A DNA stretch of 20,000 bases from an uncultured virus (IMG/VR IMGVR_UViG_2531839459_000011). Its lineage: Duplodnaviria; Heunggongvirae; Uroviricota; Caudoviricetes. How positions within the stretch are numbered: position 1 is the stretch's first letter; each line of letters starts with the position of its first letter. The position numbers were made by a program, and so were the translations under genes. The DNA lies in the IMG/VR virus record IMGVR_UViG_2531839459_000011; one strand, written 5' to 3'. Shown here one piece after another: positions 1 to 6,946 of this stretch. The notes below the pieces were generated by a model, which was not told the origin of the DNA, did not search any database, and saw nothing but the letters and a program-made list of their open reading frames with translations.

Positions 1-387
1 GACAGTGGAAAGCTTAATAAGATCGGACTAGATCCATTGGGCTTAGGCGGTCTTTTAGATGGCTTACTTGAGGCAGGAATTCCAGAGGAAAGCATGTTTG
101 CTGTGCCACAAGGCTACAAACTCATGTCCTACATCCTTACTACTGAGCGCAAATTGGCAGAAGGCAATCTGTACCATGCTGGACAACAGCTAATGACTTG
201 GGCGGCAGGTAATGCCCGTGTCGTGATGGTCGGCAATGGTATGCGAATAACCAAGCAAGAATCAGGTGTTGGGAAGATTGACCCATTGATTGCCACATTT
301 AACGCAGTTGCTTTGATGTCAAGCAATCCTGAGCCTGCCAATCGCGTTGATATTGACGAATACTTAGAGGATGTCGTGATAGCATGA
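1..387 (+). CDS. terL: Terminase large subunit, C-terminal nuclease part (5' truncated by window edge)
   Basis: Frame is open from base 1 (DSGKLNKIGLDPLG...). It has the 'KIDPLIA' C-terminal motif typical of Terminase_1-type TerL and lies directly upstream of the portal gene with a 4-nt ATGA overlap. Confidence 0.9.
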   Translation, partial: DSGKLNKIGLDPLGLGGLLDGLLEAGIPEESMFAVPQGYKLMSYILTTERKLAEGNLYHAGQQLMTWAAGNARVVMVGNGMRITKQESGVGKIDPLIATFNAVALMSSNPEPANRVDIDEYLEDVVIA

Positions 388-1610
388 GTACCACACAAGA
401 GCCGGGGTTTTGGTCCCGCTTCTGGTCACGATTGACTGGAAATACACAATTAAAAAAAGGCGATTCGTCTTATCCATTTGATAGTTATTTGTCACCCGGT
501 GGATCGGTTGTCACACCAGAAACAGCTTTGAAACTTTCCGCAGTCTGGGCGTGTGTAAAATTAAGAGCTGAAACTATCTCAACTCTTCCTTTACAGTTGT
601 ACGACAACAATAAACGTCTTGCTACTGATCATTACCTTTACCGTATTTTGCACGATTCACCCAATGCCGATATGTGTGCAAGTGAGTTTTGGCAAGTTCA
701 AGTTGCTTGTGTTGACTTATGGGGGAATGCATACAACCTTATTACAAAAGACTCAAGCGGAAAAGTAATTGCTCTTGAGCCACTTTTCCCGAGTGGTATG
801 GTTGTAAAACGTAATGATTTGGGAGCGATTGATTTTCATTACACTGAAAATGGGAAAACAACAACCTATTCGGAAGACCAAATCTTGCATTTCAAGGGTT
901 TTACTCTTGATGGGCTTGTTGGTTTATCTGCTATTCAGTTTTTTGCTCAAACGATTGGAATGCAGTTTGATGCAAACAACCAAGCTCAGGACTGGTTTAA
1001 GAATGGCTTAAAAGTTGGGGGCTTCCTTGAAACTGGGGAGCAAACTTTAACTAAAGAGCAGCGTGAAAGACTAAGAAACCATTTAAGTGAGTTCAGTAAA
1101 CCTGAGAATGCTGGTAAGTACATGGTGCTTGAGGCTGGAATGAAGCTTTCTGGCTCAAATAGTATTCGAATCAATCCCGTTGATGCCCAGTTACTTGAAT
1201 CTCGTTATTTTGGCATTGAAGAAATATGCCGCGCCTTTGGTGTTCCTCCTCAGTTAATTGGTCATACAAACAAAGCAAGCTCATGGGCTTCAAGTCTTGA
1301 GCAGACTAATAGGGGGTTTTTGACCTATTCGCTTAACCCTCAATTAGTTAGATATGAGCAAACAATCACAAAGAGATTGTTTTTGCCAAGTGAAAAATAC
1401 AAGTACCGGCCAAAATTTGCGGTTGAAGGCTTATTACGGGCCGACAGTGCTACTCGCTCAGGTTTCTACACAAACATGATTCAAAACGGTGTTATGACGC
1501 GTAATGAAGTGCGGGATTTAGAAGACTTGGCGCCTTTACCGGGTGGCGATGAGCTAATGGTTCAAATGCAAATGGTCGGATTGAAAGATCAAGGGAAAAC
1601 CAGTGGATAG
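384..1610 (+). CDS. Phage portal protein, HK97 family
   Basis: 408 aa with motifs 'SAVWACV...I..LPL', 'DQILHFK..TLDGLVGLS', 'EEICRAFGVPP', 'GVMTRNEVR..EDL.P'; located after terL. Confidence 0.95.
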   Translation: MSTTQEPGFWSRFWSRLTGNTQLKKGDSSYPFDSYLSPGGSVVTPETALKLSAVWACVKLRAETISTLPLQLYDNNKRLATDHYLYRILHDSPNADMCASEFWQVQVACVDLWGNAYNLITKDSSGKVIALEPLFPSGMVVKRNDLGAIDFHYTENGKTTTYSEDQILHFKGFTLDGLVGLSAIQFFAQTIGMQFDANNQAQDWFKNGLKVGGFLETGEQTLTKEQRERLRNHLSEFSKPENAGKYMVLEAGMKLSGSNSIRINPVDAQLLESRYFGIEEICRAFGVPPQLIGHTNKASSWASSLEQTNRGFLTYSLNPQLVRYEQTITKRLFLPSEKYKYRPKFAVEGLLRADSATRSGFYTNMIQNGVMTRNEVRDLEDLAPLPGGDELMVQMQMVGLKDQGKTSG

Positions 1611-2265
1611 ACTTAAACTAACTTTAGAAATCAAAGCCACCCAAGAGGGTGGCTTTTTTTCTGGCTACTTAGCTGCTTTTGACAACCTTGATTCTCATGG
1701 GGACATCATCCGCAAAGGTGCATTTGCCAAAACTCTTCAAGAGTGGAAGGCAAAAGGCAAGTACCCAGCAATCTTTTGGGATCACAACCCATCTGAACCA
1801 ATCGGAATTTTTACCGAAATGCGTGAAGACGAAAAAGGGTTGTACGTAGAAGGTCGTCTCTTAATTGACGATGTGCCGCGAGCTAAAGCTACTTATGCGC
1901 TGATGAAGGTTGGCGCGATTGATGGCATGTCCATTGGCTATATCACCAAGTCTTATAGGCGCGATCCAGACTCACTAATCCGCGAACTGCTGGAACTGGA
2001 GTTAGTGGAAGGTTCAATTGTTGCCTTTCCTTCCAATCCAGAAACCCTAATCAGTTCCGTCAAATCCAAATTACAAGATGGCGAGCTGCCATCCCTACCA
2101 GAATTTGAAAAGTTCCTGAGAGAGTCAGGATTTTCAAAAACGCAAGCCACTGTCATCGCTAGTAAGGGTTTGCGTCATCTTTTGAGCGAGTCAGAGGGTG
2201 AAAACGAAAAAGCGAAATCAATTTCAAATGCCTTAAATATTTTACGAGGAATCAGCAATGACTGA
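1603..2265 (+). CDS. Prohead maturation protease, HK97 family
   Basis: GTG start overlapping the portal stop; motifs 'F.GY...F...DSHGDII.KGAF', 'WDH', 'GMSIGY', 'LVEGSIVAFPSN'; located between portal and capsid. Confidence 0.93.
   Translation: MDRLKLTLEIKATQEGGFFSGYLAAFDNLDSHGDIIRKGAFAKTLQEWKAKGKYPAIFWDHNPSEPIGIFTEMREDEKGLYVEGRLLIDDVPRAKATYALMKVGAIDGMSIGYITKSYRRDPDSLIRELLELELVEGSIVAFPSNPETLISSVKSKLQDGELPSLPEFEKFLRESGFSKTQATVIASKGLRHLLSESEGENEKAKSISNALNILRGISND
1633..1660 (+). terminator. Intragenic intrinsic terminator-like hairpin in the 5' end of the protease gene
   Basis: AAAGCCACCC-AAGA-GGGTGGCTTT perfect stem followed by T7 (1654-1660). Confidence 0.7.
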
Positions 2266-3430
2266 AAAAACTTTAGAACAACTCGCTCAAGAGTTCCAAA
2301 AACACGTTGATACAGTTAAAGAAATCGCCGAAGAGTTCAAAGGCAAACAAGCAAAAAGTGAAGAAATCTCACAAAGCGCCAAAGATAAAGCGGACGAAGC
2401 TTTAACTACGTTAAATGAAGTTAAAAACAAACTGACAGAACTGGAGCAGAAAGCTGCACGCCGTGGTAATGGTGATGTTGAAACCAAAAAGCAAACCATG
2501 GGTGGTGAGTTTGTTGAAACTACAGAATACAAAAATGCTGCAGAAAGTCAGTATCGTGGAATTCAGCGTGTTGAGCTGAAGAACACAATTGGTACGACTG
2601 AGGTTGGAAAAATTATTCCTGCCACCAATCTTGGTTTGCAGTTACCAAACCAAATGCGCCTTACCATCCGCGACATTTTGGCAGGTGGCAGCATGAGCGG
2701 GAATCTCATTGAATATGTTCAAATGAAAGAATTCACCAATAATGCAGCAGTAGTTGCAGAAGGTGCAAACAAGCCAGAATCTGGAATTACATTTGAAGAT
2801 AAAGATGCCAAAGCAGTTGTAATTGCTCACTGGTTAAAAACGACCACTCAAATGTTAAGTGATGCACCAGCATTGCAGTCATTCATTGACAACATTTTGC
2901 GCCATGGTCTTGACATCAAGCTTGAAAAGCAAATTCTTGCTGGTGATGGAACCAATGGCAATATGCTTGGCTTAATCCCTCAAGCGACTGCTTATGCTCC
3001 GCCTGCAGGTGCTCCAGCAACGCCAAACATGTTTGATGTATTGCGTTTTGCAATGCTTCAAGTTGTATTGGCCGATGACTTTGCAAACGGCCATGTACTC
3101 AACCCAATTGACTGGGCGTTGATGGAAACGCAAAAAGATGCAAACGGCAACTACATCATCGGGAATCCGCAATCACAAGCGGTTCCAACATTATGGGGCT
3201 TGCCTGTAGTTCAAACCGCTGCAATGGATGCAGGTAAATTCTTAACAGGTGCATTCAATACTGCAGCTCAATACTTTGAGCGCTGGGGTGCTGCTGTGCA
3301 AATCGGTATGCAGGGCGATGATTTCACATCAAATAAACGTACCTTACTTGCTGAAACCCGTGGAGCATTAGCTGTTTATAAGCCTAAATCGCTTGTATAT
3401 GGCTCCTATACTCCTGCTACGGGTGGTTAA
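2258..3430 (+). CDS. Major capsid protein, HK97 fold with N-terminal delta (scaffold) domain
   Basis: 390 aa; about 100-aa coiled-coil-like N-terminus; motifs 'VAEGANKPES.ITF', 'IAHW', 'GDGTNGN..G', 'KDANGNYI', 'TLWGLPVV'; RBS GAGGA upstream. Confidence 0.96.
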   Translation: MTEKTLEQLAQEFQKHVDTVKEIAEEFKGKQAKSEEISQSAKDKADEALTTLNEVKNKLTELEQKAARRGNGDVETKKQTMGGEFVETTEYKNAAESQYRGIQRVELKNTIGTTEVGKIIPATNLGLQLPNQMRLTIRDILAGGSMSGNLIEYVQMKEFTNNAAVVAEGANKPESGITFEDKDAKAVVIAHWLKTTTQMLSDAPALQSFIDNILRHGLDIKLEKQILAGDGTNGNMLGLIPQATAYAPPAGAPATPNMFDVLRFAMLQVVLADDFANGHVLNPIDWALMETQKDANGNYIIGNPQSQAVPTLWGLPVVQTAAMDAGKFLTGAFNTAAQYFERWGAAVQIGMQGDDFTSNKRTLLAETRGALAVYKPKSLVYGSYTPATGG

Positions 3431-3437
3431 TTCATTT

Positions 3438-3465
3438 TGGGGTGGTGTTAGTCACCATCCCATTT
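3438..3465 (+). promoter_or_regulatory. RNA hairpin after the capsid gene (3' stabiliser or weak attenuator)
   Basis: TGGGGTGGTG-TTAGT-CACCATCCCA, 10-bp stem with one G.U pair, followed by only TTT. Confidence 0.55.
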
Positions 3466-3477
3466 AGAGAGGCCAAA

Positions 3478-3654
3478 ATGAAAGAATATGAAGTTTTACG
3501 CCCACACTTTGGAGATAAAGACTACAAAGAGGGCGATATTCGCACAGCAGATCCAAACGTGATAAGGCATTTGGTAGAAAATAAAGTTTTACGTGAATAC
3601 CAAACAAAAGTTGATCCACCAAAACCAGCTACAAGACGGAATAATTCAAAATGA
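3478..3654 (+). CDS. Small hypothetical head-region protein (58 aa)
   Basis: ATG at 3478 preceded by GAGG; fills the gap between capsid and connector; ATGA overlap with the next gene. Confidence 0.75.
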   Translation: MKEYEVLRPHFGDKDYKEGDIRTADPNVIRHLVENKVLREYQTKVDPPKPATRRNNSK

Positions 3655-3938
3655 TCACACTCGAACGAGCTAAGTTGCAATGTCGAGTTGATCACGATGA
3701 TGAGGATGTGCTTTTTCTTGAATGGATAGCTCAAGCCGATGAAGAAATAGCGATCGACATCGACCGAAAAATTATTTCAAATGAGTCAGAAAGAACTTCT
3801 GACACGGACATTGTGGACTGCAAGAAGTTAGATAATGCCCGGTTGATATTTATTGAGTATAAGTACAGCCGAAGTCTAGAAGGAAAACCTCAAGCATATT
3901 GGGATATTTTGCAGCCTATTAGAGAAATGGGGGTCTAA
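3651..3938 (+). CDS. Head-tail connector protein (HK97 gp6-like)
   Basis: N-terminal 'MITLERAKLQCRVDHDDED' pattern and C-terminal 'ILQPIR'; synteny. Confidence 0.88.
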   Translation: MITLERAKLQCRVDHDDEDVLFLEWIAQADEEIAIDIDRKIISNESERTSDTDIVDCKKLDNARLIFIEYKYSRSLEGKPQAYWDILQPIREMGV

Positions 3939-3939
3939 T

Positions 3940-4296
3940 ATGCCCAGCATTACTCCAAAACTAAAGCACCGCATCACTATTCAAAAGCCCATCCAAACCC
4001 AAGACCAAAACACTGGAAAATTAATCACCTCATGGTCTAATTTTGCAACAATTTGGGCAGAAGTTACTGACCTTTCAACAAGGGATGTTATTGCAGCCAA
4101 AGCAGCCAATAGCTCGATACAAGCCCGTGCAAAAGTGCGATATAGCAGCGCTACAAAACAAGTTGATAGCACAATGCGGGTTCTTTTTGATGGTTACTAT
4201 TACAAGATTGATGGTAACCCTATGCGAGATCCCGACTCACGCCGTGAGTATTTAACTATCAACCTTGCAACAGGTGATAAAGCATGGAATGGGTGA
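3940..4296 (+). CDS. Head closure / head-tail adaptor (SPP1 gp16-like)
   Basis: 'LKHRITIQ...QDQ.TG....W....TIWAEV' and 'MRVLFDG..Y.I' patterns; synteny. Confidence 0.88.
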   Translation: MPSITPKLKHRITIQKPIQTQDQNTGKLITSWSNFATIWAEVTDLSTRDVIAAKAANSSIQARAKVRYSSATKQVDSTMRVLFDGYYYKIDGNPMRDPDSRREYLTINLATGDKAWNG

Positions 4297-4299
4297 TTT

Positions 4300-4785
4300 A
4301 TGGCTACTCAAATACATGGTTTGGAGCCTGCTTTAAGAAAAATGCAGGCAATTGGTAACGAAAAAACTGTAAAACGTATTGCCCGTAAAGCGATGCGGCA
4401 GGCAATGAACATTGCTCGGGATGAAGCCCGTCAAAAAGTTAAACGCCTAGATGATCCCACCACTCCTGAAAAAATTTGGAAAGAAATTGTTGTTCAAAAT
4501 GGCCGAAGTAGAAATAAAAACACTTTGGTTATGCGTGTGGGAGTGCGTGGTGGGGCACGTATTCCATATACAAATAATGCCCAAAATAGACGTTCTGGGC
4601 GTGTTGGAAAAACGTATCAAACAGATGGGCGAGTCTTTTACTGGCGATTCCTTGAGTTAGGTACAAGTAGACAGCCCGCCACCCCATTTTTAAGACCAGC
4701 GCTTTACGAAAACATTGAACAGATAACAGATAAGTTTGTTCAAGTATTTAATTTTGAACTCAGTGTGGTTTTAGGTGCAGCTTAA
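4300..4785 (+). CDS. HK97 gp10-family tail completion/neck protein
   Basis: Signature 'FYWRFLELGTSRQPATPFLRPA'. Confidence 0.9.
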   Translation: MATQIHGLEPALRKMQAIGNEKTVKRIARKAMRQAMNIARDEARQKVKRLDDPTTPEKIWKEIVVQNGRSRNKNTLVMRVGVRGGARIPYTNNAQNRRSGRVGKTYQTDGRVFYWRFLELGTSRQPATPFLRPALYENIEQITDKFVQVFNFELSVVLGAA

Positions 4786-5159
4786 TGATTAAAGTCCCAA
4801 TTTTTAAATTAGCAAGAGCAGATCCAGCAGTAAGAGCATTACTCGAAAGTAATAATATCTTGAGAGTTTGGCGTTTTGGATCTGCTCCAGAACAGCCTGA
4901 AACACCATATGTTACTTGGCAAATTATTTCAGGTGATTCAAATAGCAGTCTTGATTCGCGGCCTGTTTCCGACAGTGCAATTGTTCAAATCGATGTTTAT
5001 GCAACAGATGAAGATGTGGTTGATCAAGTTGCAGAAGCAATCCGTTTTGCAATAGAGCTTGATTGTTATGTGGTTCGCTATGGCGAAGCAGATAAGGACC
5101 CAGTAACAGGAATGCCTCACTATTCTTTTGATGTAAGTTGGATTGTAAACCGCGAATAA
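4785..5159 (+). CDS. Tail terminator protein (DUF3168-like)
   Basis: 'AP....PYVTWQ.ISG' and 'VQIDVYA' motifs; immediately upstream of the tail tube gene. Confidence 0.82.
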   Translation: MIKVPIFKLARADPAVRALLESNNILRVWRFGSAPEQPETPYVTWQIISGDSNSSLDSRPVSDSAIVQIDVYATDEDVVDQVAEAIRFAIELDCYVVRYGEADKDPVTGMPHYSFDVSWIVNRE

Positions 5160-5180
5160 AACACAAAACTTTTTTCACTT

Positions 5181-5204
5181 AGCACCTATTCGGGTGCTTT
5201 TTTT
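5181..5204 (+). terminator. Intergenic intrinsic terminator before the tail tube gene
   Basis: AGCACC-TATTCG-GGTGCT with T7 (5198-5204). Confidence 0.8.
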
Positions 5205-5230
5205 ATGCCAAAAATTAAGGAGCGCTCTTA

Positions 5231-5707
5231 ATGGCTAAACATGTTAAAGCTCAAAAAACGCAGTTATTTACTGTAATTGCGGGAACCGTTGTGCGTTTTA
5301 TTTGCCCTAAGCGTATTTCGTTTGGTCAAGACTCATTTGGAAAGATTGATGTAACCTGTCTAGATGCTGATGTCAAAGAATATGAACGCGGGATGCGCGA
5401 TCCGGGTGAAGGTGCAATTGGTATTGATTTGGATGATGAAAACACAAGTCATGACAAATTATTGGAAATTGCTGCATCTGGTGAAAAGCTACAGTGGTAT
5501 GTAGGTTCAAGCCACTCAACAACGCCTCCAACATATGATGCAACTACAGGTATTGATCTGCCAGAAACTCGTTCTTGGTGGTCATTTGAAGGCTATCTAA
5601 ATGATGCAGCCCCTAATGACATCGAAGTTGATACAGTAATCGGTTATGAGTTCACTTTAGTACGAACTTCGGGTGTAACTTATACTAAACGTACGGTGAC
5701 TCCATAA
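5231..5707 (+). CDS. Major tail tube protein
   Basis: 158 aa; 'IDVTCLD....EY..GMRDPG' motif; strong RBS AAGGAG; synteny. Confidence 0.9.
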   Translation: MAKHVKAQKTQLFTVIAGTVVRFICPKRISFGQDSFGKIDVTCLDADVKEYERGMRDPGEGAIGIDLDDENTSHDKLLEIAASGEKLQWYVGSSHSTTPPTYDATTGIDLPETRSWWSFEGYLNDAAPNDIEVDTVIGYEFTLVRTSGVTYTKRTVTP

Positions 5708-5708
5708 A

Positions 5709-6224
5709 ATGGCTAAGATCAGTATTACAGACTTAAAGCAGAGTATAACTACTCTGAACGTTCCAGTTAAAAAAACGGTTATATGGAATGTTGAAGTAAC
5801 AGAAAGTAATGTTGCTTCACTTAAAAAATTGACCAAAAACTCATTGTTAGAACTTGGTGAAACGGTTGAACTTGAAGCTGATGTTTTTGTTAAAAAAATG
5901 AGCTTTAAGGAGAGCCGAGAGGTTTCTAAAGCAGTCGAGTGGGAGTTTAACTATAAGAATCCAGAGGATTCAAAAGTTAAAAGGGTTGACTCAACCCTAA
6001 TGCAATCGGCTCAGTTGCTTGGTTCAATTTGCTCTGATCAAAAGGGAACGCCTTTCTTCTCAAGTGTGAACGACGTCTATAAAGCCGAGCCAAGTTTGAT
6101 CAATGCGCTATATGCAGCTGCCGATGAAGTTAATAACTTTATGGGAAAGTCACGGAAGAAGACCTTGCAGATAGAGAACTCTTTGCCGAGCTTGTCCTCA
6201 ACGGAATCGGTGGAGGCTCCTTAG
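5709..6224 (+). CDS. Tail assembly chaperone (gpG equivalent)
   Basis: Located between tail tube and tape measure genes; contains in-frame G-GGA-AAG slippery heptamer near the 3' end. Confidence 0.85.
   Translation: MAKISITDLKQSITTLNVPVKKTVIWNVEVTESNVASLKKLTKNSLLELGETVELEADVFVKKMSFKESREVSKAVEWEFNYKNPEDSKVKRVDSTLMQSAQLLGSICSDQKGTPFFSSVNDVYKAEPSLINALYAAADEVNNFMGKSRKKTLQIENSLPSLSSTESVEAP
6143..6149 (+). promoter_or_regulatory. Programmed -1 ribosomal frameshift site GGGAAAG
   Basis: Identical to the lambda G/T slippery site, in the correct phase (ATG GGA AAG); the -1 frame is open to 6475. Confidence 0.9.
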
Positions 6225-6475
6225 AGGAGGCTGAAGAGAATCTTAGTCATGCAGAGGTGATGTTTTGGAGAGCCTATCGTCAAAAATACGGCTCTCTTAA
6301 CTTAGGTCGCCGGCTAGAGCAAAGTTTTGGTAGTTGGATGGCTCACTACACAGGATTTAAGGTTAAAGAAGGTACAAAAGTAGATCCTTATATATTTATG
6401 CCACATGAAACACCTCCGGATGATGACGAAGAATTGTCATTAGAGGAGTATTTTGAGAAGTATCATAGTAACTAA
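6143..6475 (+). CDS. gpT part of the G-T frameshift fusion chaperone (fusion spans 5709..6475, about 255 aa)
   Basis: The -1 frame reads GKVTEEDLADRELFAELVLNGIGGGSLEEAEENLSHAEVMFWRAY... and is continuous with track ORF 6257..6475. Confidence 0.87.
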   Translation, partial: GKVTEEDLADRELFAELVLNGIGGGSLEEAEENLSHAEVMFWRAYRQKYGSLNLGRRLEQSFGSWMAHYTGFKVKEGTKVDPYIFMPHETPPDDDEELSLEEYFEKYHSN

Positions 6476-6496
6476 CCCTATCATAAGGTGGGGCAT

Positions 6497-6525
6497 GTGA
6501 CATTTACACACCGTTTTGTTAAATT
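6497..6525 (+). promoter_or_regulatory. Putative sigma70 promoter of the lipoprotein moron
   Basis: GTGACA (6497-6502), 17-bp spacer, TAAATT (6520-6525), with an extended -10 TG at 6517-6518. Confidence 0.6.
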
Positions 6526-6551
6526 GAAAAAAAGTGAAAAACGGTGTGCAC

Positions 6552-6884
6552 ATGAATAAGTTTTTAATTATTGCTATTTTGAGTTGCTTAATGCTCGGAT
6601 GTGGGAAAACAGAAAAAGAAAAACTTGATGAAGAAAGGAAAAATCTTGATTTGCAAGTACAGAAATTGGTTAAAGATAAATTAAAAGATGGTGAAACAGC
6701 TAAGTTTCGTAATCAATGGGAGTTGTGCGGTGAAGTTAATGCTAAAAATAGTTTTGGCGCTTACACCGGCTTTCAACGTTATATAGTTACCAAAGAAAAA
6801 ATATATTTTGAAAATGAGTATAACTCTGACCCAACCTCTATAGCTGCATTCAATCAAGTTTGGAGTGTTGACTGCAAGCAGTAA
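6552..6884 (+). CDS. Moron lipoprotein of unknown function (candidate superinfection exclusion)
   Basis: Lipoprotein signal MNKFLIIAILSCLMLG-C; 'CGEVNAKNSFGAYTG' motif; has its own candidate promoter and terminator; AT-rich. Alternative start is GTG 6534. Confidence 0.8.
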   Translation: MNKFLIIAILSCLMLGCGKTEKEKLDEERKNLDLQVQKLVKDKLKDGETAKFRNQWELCGEVNAKNSFGAYTGFQRYIVTKEKIYFENEYNSDPTSIAAFNQVWSVDCKQ

Positions 6885-6898
6885 TTAAATATTAATTT

Positions 6899-6928
6899 AA
6901 AAAACCCCGCGAATTAGCGGGGTTTTTT
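6899..6928. terminator. Intrinsic terminator after the moron (potentially bidirectional)
   Basis: AAAAAACCCCGC-GAATTA-GCGGGGTTTTTT perfect inverted repeat. Confidence 0.88.
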
Positions 6929-6946
6929 ATTGCCCGGAGAAAGGTA

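Noticed and set aside
6257..6475. Stand-alone 72-aa gene
   Set aside because: Better explained as the distal part of the -1 frameshift G-T product.
6476..6503. Resemblance to a XerC/XerD pdif site (CCCTATCATAA-GGTGGG-GCATGTGACAT)
   Set aside because: The XerD arm matches TTATGTTAAAT at only 7/11 and the XerC arm is poor; the sequence is already explained by a hairpin and the moron -35.
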